A stretch of 64,000 bases of DNA, taken from NCBI GenBank assembly GCA_043228905.1, contig JBHGNT010000005.1, forward strand, positions 14,818,001-14,882,000, in the 5' to 3' direction. The notes beneath the pieces were generated by a model. The model had not been told where the DNA came from. It did no database searches and saw nothing but the letters and a program-made list of their open reading frames with translations. Shown here in pieces: positions 1-11,000 of the stretch. The stretch comes from Azolla caroliniana. Taxonomy: Eukaryota > Plantae > Polypodiophyta. The first letter of the stretch is position 1, and every line of letters starts with the position of its first letter. A program made the translations under genes and the position numbers.

Positions 1-3000
1 ACTCACTCAAAGCCAAAAATGACAAAACTCAATGAGCGGATCAGAAAAGTGGCGGTCATGAGAAGGTCAATTACGTCAACTCTTGAGCCGAAGTACTATC
101 GAGCGAACGTACTATCCATTGAGAACCTAGTCGAATCAGAAGTTCTGATTACTACTGAGGAATTGACCACATAGCTCTTGTATTCGGGCACATCATAACT
201 CAGTTCGAGCCGGAAATTCACAACACTGCACCATAATCGGAATCGGCACAATAGAGCTCAACCTTCCAGGTGTGTCTACATTGGTACTACACAATGTCTG
301 ACATGTACCTGAGCTCTCAAGACCATTGATCTTAGTCGAATAATTTGATGAAGATGGCATTCTTGTTGGCTTCTCATCAGGAGGGTGGACACTCCACAGG
401 GGGAACCTCCTACTTGCTCGAGGACCAAAAGTACATTCGTTGTACCCATTACATGTCACACTCAGACAGGGTGACTTGTTCTTGGTTGACATTCCCGTGT
501 CATCACTATGACATGGATGACTCAGACAGCTCAGCAAGGCTAACATCACACATCTATCTAGAGTCGGATACATCCCCAAACTCTCCTTCTCTGATCATCA
601 GTTCTGTTAGCATTGCCAATATGGCAAATAGATAGTCGTATCACATCCAACATCCGCACTGAGAGAATTTAGTCCACTCAGACGTCTGTGGTCCTATGCC
701 ACATCAGTCTCTCGGTGGTGCTTTGTACTTCGTCAGCTTTATCGACTACTTGACTCGCAAGGTGTGGGCTTATATGATAAAAAACAAAGATCAAGTGTTC
801 TTGATTTTTTCCGATTGGCTCGCTATGGTAGAGAACCAGAATGGTCGAAAGTTGAAATGCCTTCGAACCGATAATGGAGGAGAGTTCAAATCTAAAGAAT
901 TCGTCAAATTTTGCCAACAACACAACATTCAAATGTGAATATACGAAACCCTACAGTCTGAAGCAGAATGGAATTGCCGAGCGAATGAATCAGACAATAC
1001 AAGAAAGGATAGTTTTTATGCTCCAACACTCTGCACTATCGGATGGCTTCTAGGCAGAGGCCCTACTTACAATAGTACACATAATCAATACGTCACCAAG
1101 TAGGCCTCTAGGACTTCCAATACCTTAGGAATTATGGACCGACAGAAAGACGAATTACAACAAGTTGAGGATTTTCGGGTGCAAGGCATACACCCTCATA
1201 CCAAAAGATGACCACCGCAAGCTTGCATCAAGATCCACGAAATGCATTTTCCTCAGCTATGGATCAGACGGGGAGATTGGATAACGACTTTGGAACCCTG
1301 AGCACAGACAGATCGTCTGAAGTTCAGACGTTGTGTTCAATGAATCGGCTATGCATAAGTCGGCCGAAAGGCGTATTGAAGTACCGACCCTTCACGAAGG
1401 CCCAACACATAACACACGGTCGGCTTCACAAGTAGCCAAAAACTCTAGCACCGCCTTGAGAACACCCGACTTAGCACAACTGAACGATTCGGCTTTGGAC
1501 CATCCGATCCCGATACCCGACGCGACTAGTCCAATCATCCCTCGAAGATTCGAGAGACTATCGCAACCCCTGCAGAGGCACTCTCCTGGAATCTTCGTTA
1601 CGAATGCCAGTGAACCAATGTCATACGAAGAAGCATCGGCATCCGTCGATTCGGCCACATGGCATCTAGCGTTGGAGTCGAAAATTCCATTCGACAAAAT
1701 AAGTTGGGACATGGTCGACTTACTAAAAAATCGATGTGCTCTTCCGTGCAAGTGGGTCTATAGACTAAAAGAAACATCTGATTTGGCCACCCCAAAATTC
1801 AAGGCTAGATTAGTTGCGAAAGGATTTCAACAAGAATATGGCATTGATTTCGACGAGATCTTTTCACCAGTGGTGAAAGTGACAACTCTTTGATTCATGC
1901 TTAGCGTCGTGGCAACCAAAGATTTGGAGCTAATTCAGCTAGATGTAAAAGCCGTTTTCCTCCATGGTGATTTAGATGAGGAAATTTATATGGAGCAATC
2001 GAAAGGCTTCGCGGTATTCGGCCAAGAACATCTAGTCTGTCGACTCGGGAAGAGTCTTTACGGCCTAAAGTAGGCACCGAGATAATGGTATAAGAAGTTC
2101 GACAATTTCATCCAATCAGTCGGCTTTTCGAAGAGAAATGAGGACCACTGTCTCTTTACCAAAACAACTCAAGATGGGTCTCCCATCTTTCTCATCATCT
2201 ACGTGGATGACATGCTACTCTCCGGTCAACATGTCGGAGAGCTCACCAAACTTGTTTGGCAACTATGGTTGAAGTTTCCCATGAAGGAGCTCAGTCCAGC
2301 AAGACACAATCTCGGGATGAAGATAAGTCGGAATTGAAATCAAAGACAATTGTTTTTATCTCAATCCGACTACATTGGACATGTCTTAGAACGCTTCAAC
2401 ATGCAATCGGCAAAATCTACTTCAACCCCACTCCCTGTTAGCACTCGATTGTCTCAGTGAGACTGCCCGACATCCAGTCTGGAGGGGGAATTGATGAAGT
2501 CGGTACCGTATGCACAAGTAGTGAGCTCCTTAATGTACATGATGGTCGCTACACAACCTGACAATGCTACTGCCATCATAGTCGTCAACAGATTCATGCA
2601 CAATCCCGGTCAATCATATTGGAACGCGGTAAAACATGTGTTTAGATATTTGGTGGGCACAAAAGACTATGTCATCCTATTCGGCCCGAATAACACTTCA
2701 GGAGTAGTCGGATACACCGACTCGTATTTTGTTGACTATGTAGACAGTCGAAAATCGACAACCGGTTACTATTTCAAATTTGGCAATGGAGCAATCTCGT
2801 GGAAATAGAAACTTCAAGAGTGCACTGCCACATCAACGACCAAGGTCGAATACGTAGCCACGTCCGACGCGGGGAAAGAGGCCATATGGCTCAGTCGGCT
2901 GGCTTGCACTTTTCGACAAGCTGAATCTAGCTCAGCTCCAGTTGTCTACAACGACAATCAAGGTGTTGTGGCTCTATCGAAAAATCCGGTTCATCACAAC

Positions 3001-3480
3001 GCCTCCAAGCATATCGACGTTTGATATCACTTTGTTCGGGACTGCATCATTTCAGGGAAAATCCGCCTTGAGAAAATCCCTACAACCGATAATGTCGCAG
3101 ATGGGATGACCAATTGTCTTTCGGTGGATCGATTTTGATCCCTTCGGCACCAAATGGGACATTCAAAATGGTTTTGAACAATCATCATAGACATTTCGAA
3201 GCTCGGTCTTAGTTCCTCCAACTCTGGCTAATTCGGCCTTGCATTTTTCGGAGTTCACTGACTCAAACGAAAAATTCAACTTGTTCGACATATTTATAAA
3301 AATCTGTACTATTCATTTATATTATAGATTTTAGATGTTTACGCCCATTATGGGGGAGTGTCGAATACAGTTCTCTAATGGACGTATTCCCATTGTCCCA
3401 TTTGTACACACTAGGTTTTGGGTTCTCGAATGGACGTAAATACTAAGAAGCGATGGATCTTCTAATAGGATTCAGTTGCT
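1..3480 (+). mobile_element. Degenerate Ty1/Copia LTR retrotransposon (Copia I), 5' part outside window; PR, integrase, RT, RNase H, PPT and start of 3' LTR
   Basis: Fragments YFVSFIDYLTRKVW, LRTDNGGEF (INT), CKWVYRLK..KARLVAKGFQQEYGIDFDEIFSPV (RT), YTDS..DSRKSTTGY (RNase H). PPT GGGGGAG 3352-3358 then TGTCGAATAC at 3359. Same family as the element at 49562-60728. Many stops and frameshifts. Confidence 0.93.
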
Positions 3481-3589
3481 TATAATCATCAATCCAATCT
3501 ACGTGTACATGTTAATGATCTTTCACTAGAGGTTGCTGAGATTATTCTGCACCTAGAAGGTTGTGTATTCAATACTGATGGTGTTGAGC

Positions 3590-3837
3590 CGAAGAAGATC
3601 CTGGACAGGAAGAGCACCTCAGCCATCGTCGCAAGTGAAGGGGAGCTGTTGTTCATCACTGAACAAAATGAAGTCAATCTTGCTGGCGAAGAATCGACAT
3701 GGGTGCTCGATTCTAGTGCATCATTCCACCTCACCCCCAACAAAGCATGTTTCTCATCATATACGGTCAGTGATCACAAATATGTGAAGATGGAAAATGA
3801 CGGCGCATGCAAAATAGTCGAAATCAGGGAAGTACGT
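3590..3837 (+). pseudogene. Copia D polyprotein fragment (gag-end/protease), host of Gypsy C; continues at 21829-22215
   Basis: FITEQNEVNLAGEESTWVLDSSASFHLTP matches the protease region LITEESEINLAGDEMTWVVDSGASFHLTP of Copia K in this window. Confidence 0.85.
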
Positions 3838-4936
3838 TGTTGTGAAGATTTTCGGCGATAGTGTGAAACTTGTAAGGAACATACGAAATCGAGTGTGGTT
3901 CTTCTCACGAAATATAAAACAATAATAGTAAAAATACTATTTTAAATAATTTTAATATCTTGGTACAAAAACATGGAGGTCTTGAAGAGCTTCTGAATGT
4001 ACTTTACTACGTAGGAAATAGACATCTAAGTGTCAAGTTATGTGGGTATAAAGTTTGCAAAGAAGAAGAGAAAAATATGTGATATCCCACATAGACAGGA
4101 CAAATAAAAATGCCACCATATATAAGGCAGAGCAAAAGCTATTATCTTTGTGTTTATGTGTGGAGCATAAAAAGGTTAAGTTGTATGACTTAATGAATGG
4201 ATATAACCAAATGCATATAACTATGTGTTTTGGACGAATCCGGTGAGGGTGACCGACGGTAACCGGTGGCATCCGACGATGGATCCGGTGACTAACGAAA
4301 CCGACGAGATCGGCATCTGGCAACCGGCATCCGGCGACGACGACCGACAGAGCCGGCGAAACGACGATTGGACGGAGAAACGCCTTGTAAAAATACATTA
4401 ATAATAAACATATATATATGTGTGTGTGTATATTCAAAAGGAGTGCAAGTGAAGACTTGATCCTTGCACCTCCACGTTGAGAGTCTATAGACTTACCACT
4501 AGGATATAACAATTCCTTAGAAATGTTTTTCTTATCATGATAATTTTACATGTAATTTCTCATATTAAAGCTTGATTGAGTGACATCACATGCATTCCAT
4601 GCATTGTATGCATGTCTTGTACCCGCATGCATCATAGGCATGTGAGCATCTATAAAAGGATGGATGAAAAAGATCAAAAGGATGCTATGTATGATTCAAG
4701 AATTTAAGAAGAAGAAAATTCGTTCTCCAATTGATGTTGTATCTTGTTTCTTAAACCTAAAGTCAAGGGTCCAATCTTAAGCTCTCTCTCAATCTAAAAT
4801 CAAGTGTTCTATCTTATCTCAATCTCTCTCTCTTCCAATCTATCTTAATTCCTTTCTCGCTAAAGCTAGTGCAACTTCGAATCCTTCTGGTCCAGAACCC
4901 CGGTGGTTCCGCCTCGCGATCCGCATGTAGTGACAG
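3838..4936 (+). repeat. 5' LTR of Gypsy C (last 12 bp displaced to 16314-16325 by insertion of element A)
   Basis: TG start. Homology to 21478-21828. TATA-like CTATAAAAG near 4650. Resumes after element A as ATCTTCACGACA plus PBS. Confidence 0.85.
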
Positions 4937-5828
4937 TGTCGTAGTGTAATTCGTACACTACGTGAAAAATTACATTTTTTGTCTCTCCGGATAGGACATG
5001 GAGTACCCGGTGAGAACCGGAAGAAGGAACCGGTAAGGACCGAAATCGGCAAGGAGACCCGGCAAGAGCCGGATGAAGAAGGCCGGTGAGAGTTGGTGAG
5101 AAACGGACGAAGAGATCGGTAAGGAGGTCCCAGTAAGAACCGGACAAAGAAAACTATCAAGCACCGGATGAAGCAGAACCGGAAACAACCGGATGAAGAA
5201 GGCCGGTGAGAGTCTCACCGGATGAAGAGACGTATTTGTAAATAGAAGAAAGTATTAAAAATATATATATTACATGCATAGGGCAAGATTCGAACCTTGC
5301 ACCTCCATGTTAATAATGTGAAGCCTTATCATTATAGTAGGGTATTATGAATTTTAAAGTTACACTAAACTTTATTCCATGTAAAATTTCTAGACATGCA
5401 TGGTACAAAAGTTATTCATGCATAGACACTCGAGTTAAAAAGAAAAGATGAGATAGAAAGCTAATCATGCACATGCAGTGTGCATGAAAACTAAAGATAG
5501 AAAAATGATGCTTGCATGGGAAAAACTTAGACTCTTCCAACACTATATAAGGAAGAGTGAAAGATGTATAGAGGTTGTTGATTATTTTACAAGGGTTGAT
5601 TAATATAAGATAATCGTGGGATTCACAAATTTGCTAACTATTCTTTCTCTCTTAATTTGATTATTCACTAATACACTATACTCGTGGGATTCACGAGTTT
5701 TTCATATCTTTCTTTCTTACAATATATTTTATATTCTTAATTGCCTTAGAATTTTCATTCCTCCTAGTCCAAAACCCCAACGGTTCCCACCTGACTCACG
5801 CAACGATCCGGAGCTGTAAGGCACGACA
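4937..5828 (+). repeat. 5' LTR of Gypsy A
   Basis: Near-identical to 14820-15714. TG...CA termini. TATA CTATATAAG near 5543. Confidence 0.96.
5275..5345 (-). promoter_or_regulatory. tRNA-like A-box/B-box cassette, antisense within LTR U3 (also 4441-4510, 8119-8190, 10467-10538, 15158-15228, 21673-21742)
   Basis: Minus strand reads TA(G/C)T(G/A)TAATG(G/A)TAAG...GGAGGTGCAAGGTTCGAATCTTGC: A box, B box and T-arm hairpin at tRNA-like spacing. No intact acceptor or anticodon stems. Confidence 0.6.
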
Positions 5829-5832
5829 CAAG

Positions 5833-5845
5833 TGGTGAACCCGAC
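5833..5845 (+). other. Primer-binding site complementary to tRNA-Trp 3' end (also 8781-8797, 15719-15731, 16334-16350)
   Basis: TGGTGAACCCGAC(GTGA) is the reverse complement of the plant tRNA-Trp end ...TCACGTCGGGTTCACCA. Confidence 0.85.
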
Positions 5846-5866
5846 AGGAACACGGGTGGCCAGGAG

Positions 5867-7906
5867 ATGGAAAATCAACCGGAGGCTAACAACATGATGA
5901 TGATGTTCGAGCGGATGCTTCAGGAACAACGTGCGATGTCGGAGATAGCGGCGGCAGTAGAGCGGCTCGTGCAACGGATCGGGCAATTCAACGGAAAGGA
6001 CATATCGCGCTATCTTCGGGACTACAAGGCGGAAATGCTACGGTGCGGGATTTCGTAAGGACTGCAAGTGGCATCCTTCAACCGGGTGGCTACCGACGGG
6101 CTTCAAGCAAGTATCCACGTGCTACGACAACAAAATCCGACGTGGGAAGCATTTGAAGAGGCGCTAAAGACCACGTTCGCTATCGAAGAATCCTCCAAGG
6201 CAACGCGGAGAGGATTCGAGGATTGGGTAGAAACGCCGGACAAGGGGATGAAGGTCCTCGATGTGTTTTCGGCATTCGAAAGTCGGTTCGGGAGGTTGTC
6301 TGCGAGAGATCAAGCTATCCTCGCACCGGACAAAGTTATCATGTTCTTACGAGTCGTAGACGTCCGGGACCGGAAGGATCTTGGAGTGCTTCTAGAGGAC
6401 ACGAATACCGAGAGTGGACTCACCGAAACATGGGAAAGCGTGCGGGATATCGTGGCGTGATACACAAAAAGGGGGCAATGGCTTGCCAACAAAGAAAAGA
6501 GTGTTTCGGAACCGATTCCGAAACCGAGATCCGGATCGGAAGACCATCAACCGCGGGCTCGGGAAGCTACGACTGAGAAGGGAATCGACGCAACTACGGT
6601 GGAGCAGTTGCTGAAGGAGATGGAGAATCTAAAAATCGCGATGGTGAAGAAGTCGGATGACCGTCCCACAAGTTCTAAGTATATGGACCGTCAATGCATA
6701 TGGTGCGATAGCACCGAACATGATCGGAGGGATTGCGATGAGCACAAGGAGGCGTTACGACGGGATCTTATCTACTACGAGGGAAATCGGATTCATTCGA
6801 TGGACTCTCGGAAGCCACTCCGACCGAACTTCCGGAAAGGCGGCATGAAGAAGATCCTAGAGGAGGAAATAGCGGCGAAGAACAATTACGCGACAACCGC
6901 GGGAATACGTGTCGGGGAATCATCAGGATCAAAGGTGTCTTTTTGGCCAGAAGTGCTAGAAAACACTGAGAAATCCGACTCTAATGAGATCCGAAGCACC
7001 GCGGAAGGCATCTGGGAAGCTATGGGATGGGAGTGTCCCGTCGATAAGAATAGCGTGTTTGCTTTATGCCAATTGCATGAAGTGTATGTAGATGAGAAGC
7101 GACGGCGCACGGATGAGGTGGCCGGTCCATCGAAGACACCGGAAAGCTGAAACTCCGGAGGTAAGGGAAAAGAAAAGATGATTCCGGCATTCAAGCTCGC
7201 CTTGGACATCGAACAACAAACGGACTTGAAAAAGGTGTTCGAGGAGAGAATCCTCGATAGCCGGGTAGATTTTTCGCTTCGAGAATTACTCGGAATAGTG
7301 AAGGAGTTCCACAATCTTCTTGTGGATCTCGTGAAGAGAAAAAGGCAAAGTATGGAGGAGAACGCTCCAAGGGTGAATGCAAATATTGTTCTAATGAATG
7401 ACACCGAATTGGAGGACGAAATATCGAATTCTCATTACACAAAGCCACACTGGGCACACGCAACTACGGAGACTCCAGTCCAAATCGGTAACATCAAAGA
7501 GCCCGTGCTAGCATTGATTGATCATGGATCGGAGATCAATTTGATGTCCAAGGAATTCTACCGGAAGGGTAAGTGGCCTATTAACACGAATCATGGGTGG
7601 AAGATCCGGGCGGCCACTAAAGCAACGGAAGATCTATTTGCGGCTTGTCCGGATGTGACGGTGAAGATTAGGGATGTCGAGATCGACCAAAATTTCTTCG
7701 TACAAGACGAGGTCTCACATTCCGTGATCCTCGGGCAACCCTTTATCACGGCATCATGGATGGAGACGAAGGTGCTCGATAGTGGTGCAGCTTTTGCACG
7801 AATTCGGAGCCAAAACGGAGGGAAATCCGTCCAATTCCTAACGATGCCGGCAAATCATGAAAGGAACAAGAGAGAGCTCTTATCCCAAACAAGAATGGAT
7901 TTTTAG
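5867..7906 (+). pseudogene. gag: Gag-protease ORF of element A (single frame, three premature stops)
   Basis: ORFs 5867, 6068, 6599 and 7178 share one frame. Zinc knuckle CIWCDSTEHDRRDC. Protease ALIDHGSEINLM...VILGQPF. Confidence 0.9.
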
Positions 7907-8020
7907 AGCGGACTATTGCGGAGTGGGGAAGTGATAGTCCGAGAAGCCCTGATACCCCACACAGGAAGAAACCTCTCGGTGCAAAACAAGTACAAATTGG
8001 TCCGGATGGGGCATCCACGT

Positions 8021-11000
8021 TGTCGTAGTGTATTTTGTACACTACGTGAAAAACGTATATAGTATTAGATTCAATAAAAAATGAAGAAATAGAAGAAAAT
8101 AGCAAAATAAATGGAACATGCATAGGGCAAGATTCGAACCTTGCACCTCCATGTTAATAATGTAATGTCTTACCATTACACTAGCATTTCATTAGTGTTA
8201 AAGCATAGATGTCCCACATAGAAAGGTAAATTCACGCTAGGATAAACATTAGAAAAACGCATAACAAAAGAAAAAGCTACACATACACATCTAGCGTGCA
8301 TGATAAAAAACGCACAAGTTAGAAAAAAGCATGATCACTTTAGATAAAGCATATAGTCTATCTATAGGAAAAGCATGGGGTCTATAGTTAGAGAAAAAGC
8401 ATGGATTACTAAGACTTCCTCATCACTACATAAGGATGGGGAGCACAATGTAATTGTGTGTGAAATATTTGGAAATTGGATATATTTCCGAAAACACCAA
8501 CCGATTAATATAATCGTGGGATTCACGAAAATAATATAATCTATACTTGTGGGATTCACAAGTTTCTTATATCTTTCTTTCAATCTAAATACATATTCTT
8601 ATCTAAATATTGATTAATCGAATACAATACACTCGTGGGATTCACGAAATTTCTATCTCTCTTTCTAATAATCTATTCATTACTAGCCTCATCTCATATT
8701 CTTCTTTCTCCTAGTCCAAAACCCCGGTGGTTCCCACCCGACTCACGCAAACGATCCGGAGCCGAAAGGCATGACACAGTTGGTGAACCCGACGTGAAGG
8801 CGGGTGGCAAGGAGATGGAGAATCAACAAGAGGCAATGAGCATAACGATGATGATGATGTTCGAGCGGATGCTACAAGAACAACGAGTGATGTCGGAGAT
8901 CACGGGGGCAGTAAAGCGGCTCGTACAACGAAACGGACAATTCAACGGAAACGATGTGTCACGCTATCTACGTGACTACAAGGCGGAGATGATACAATGT
9001 GGGATACCGGAAGGATTGCAAGTGACATCCTTCAATCGGGTGGTCACGGATGAGCTACAAGAGAGAATCCACAAGATACGGCAACAAAACTCGACATGGG
9101 GGTCCTTCGAAGAAGCTTTACGAGAGGCATATGATTACAAGAGATCGAAGGGAAAAGATCGGCGAGAATTCGACGAATGGGTGGCATCGGAGAAGACCCA
9201 CCGAAGTGCAACACAAGCATTCCTAGAGTTCGAGCATCGTTTTGCTCGACTCTCGGAGCGGGAACAACGGTTGGTGGGGAAGGATAAAGTCCTAATGTTC
9301 GTAAGATCGATTGATCGGAAAGAAAGGATGGACATCGGGATCGAGCTCGAAGATGATGACGGTGCGAACGGTCTTACCGAGGATTGGGCCAAAGTCGAAA
9401 GGGTATGTTGGAGACATGATGAGAGGAAGATGAGAATCTTGTCAATGACATGGCCGATGAAGGATGGTCGATTGAAGACAAACGATGGAGCCGATATGAA
9501 GGCCGAAATACAACATGATGGTGCGACGGAAGAGGGTGTAAAACAAGCTACCCTCTTGTCTTGCGAAAGAACAACGACGAAGGATAAGGCCGATAACCCA
9601 AGTGTAGAAGAAGATTTCAGAATACAAGTGTCCGAAACATCGGGTGAAAAAGGGGTAAGCATAATTGATGCAGTGAAAGAGAGCAAAGAGGACTTGATTG
9701 AGGAGGTCGCCACGAAAGATGACATCGAATCGAAGGTGGCTATGGACGAATCAACGACGGATGGCCATATCGAGACTTCCCCACCACTGATTCTAGAGAC
9801 TCCGGCGGTTGCGTTCGAAAGGCAACGTGAGACCGAAGAGACGGAAGGTGGCGGAGAGAAAACAAAGGTCGAAGTCGATGCATACGACGGAGAGATAGCC
9901 GAGAATATGGCTATGGATGAAACAATGGAGGATGATAATACCGAGGATTCCTACCCACTAATTCTAGAGACTTCGGCAGTTGTGTCTGAGAACCAACGTG
10001 AGACCGGAGAGACGGGAGGTGGCAGCAAGAAAGGTAAAGTCGGAAGCCGGTTTGGATGGAAGGTGATCCGGACGGGATTCCGATCCGAAAGAAAGCTGAC
10101 CCGAAAAGGGGTCGACTTGGTCAAAACCGATCGACTGAGTCTGACTTGGCCGAACGCGAATATGGATGGAAGCCGACCTAGCCGAAAGCCGATCGGACGA
10201 AACCGATCCGAAAAGAAGCTAATCCGACTCAACCGGAGGTTGGACCGGTCGAGGCTGGTGAAAACGAGGAAAAGAAAGCCAACCGAAACCGAAACCGATA
10301 GATCGAAACGGAGCCGAAAGGCACGACACAGTTGGTGACACAGTTGGTGCGGGTTTGGAGGGGGTGAGTGTCGTAGTGTATTTTGTACACTACGTGAAAA
10401 ACGTATATAGTATTAGATTCAATAAAAAATGAAGAAATAGAAGAAAATAGCAAAATAAATGGAACATGCATAGGGCAAGATTCGAACCTTGCACCTCCAT
10501 GTTAATAATGTAATGTCTTACCATTACACTAACATTTCATTAGTGTTAAATCATAGATGTCCCACATAGAAAGGTAAATTCACGCTAGGATAAACATTAG
10601 AAAAACGCATAACAAAAGAAAAAGCTACACATACACATCTAGCGTGCATGATAAAAAACGCACAAGTTAGAAAAAAGCATGATCACTTTAGATAAAGCAT
10701 ATAGTCTATCTATAGGAAAAGCATGGGATCTATAGTTAGAGAAAAAGCATGGATTACTAAGACTTCCTCATCACTACATAAGGATGGGGAGCACAATGTA
10801 ATTGTGTGTGAAATATTTGGAAATTGGATATATTTCCGAAAACACCAACCGATTAATATAATCGTGGGATTCACGAAAATAATATAATCTATACTTGTGG
10901 GATTCACAAGTTTCTTATATCTTTCTTTCAATCTAAATACATATTCTTATCTAAATATTGATTAATCGAATACAATACACTCGTGGGATTCACGAAATTT

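Noticed and set aside
3490-3590. Short open stretch between Copia I LTR and Copia D
   Set aside because: About 100 bp with no recognisable motif; likely filler.
5275-5345. Functional tRNA gene
   Set aside because: Acceptor and anticodon stems do not pair, so it is reported only as a tRNA-like cassette.
6056-6058. Programmed readthrough at the TAA shared by both A gag copies
   Set aside because: Element B has GAA here, and local duplication explains the sharing more simply.
8635-8814. Apparent signal-peptide-like N-terminus (MGFTKFLSLFLIIYSLL) of the 567-aa ORF suggesting an envelope/secreted protein
   Set aside because: Starts at a GTG inside the LTR and runs through U5/PBS. The homologous Gag start is the ATG at 8815, so the hydrophobic stretch is CT-rich LTR sequence.
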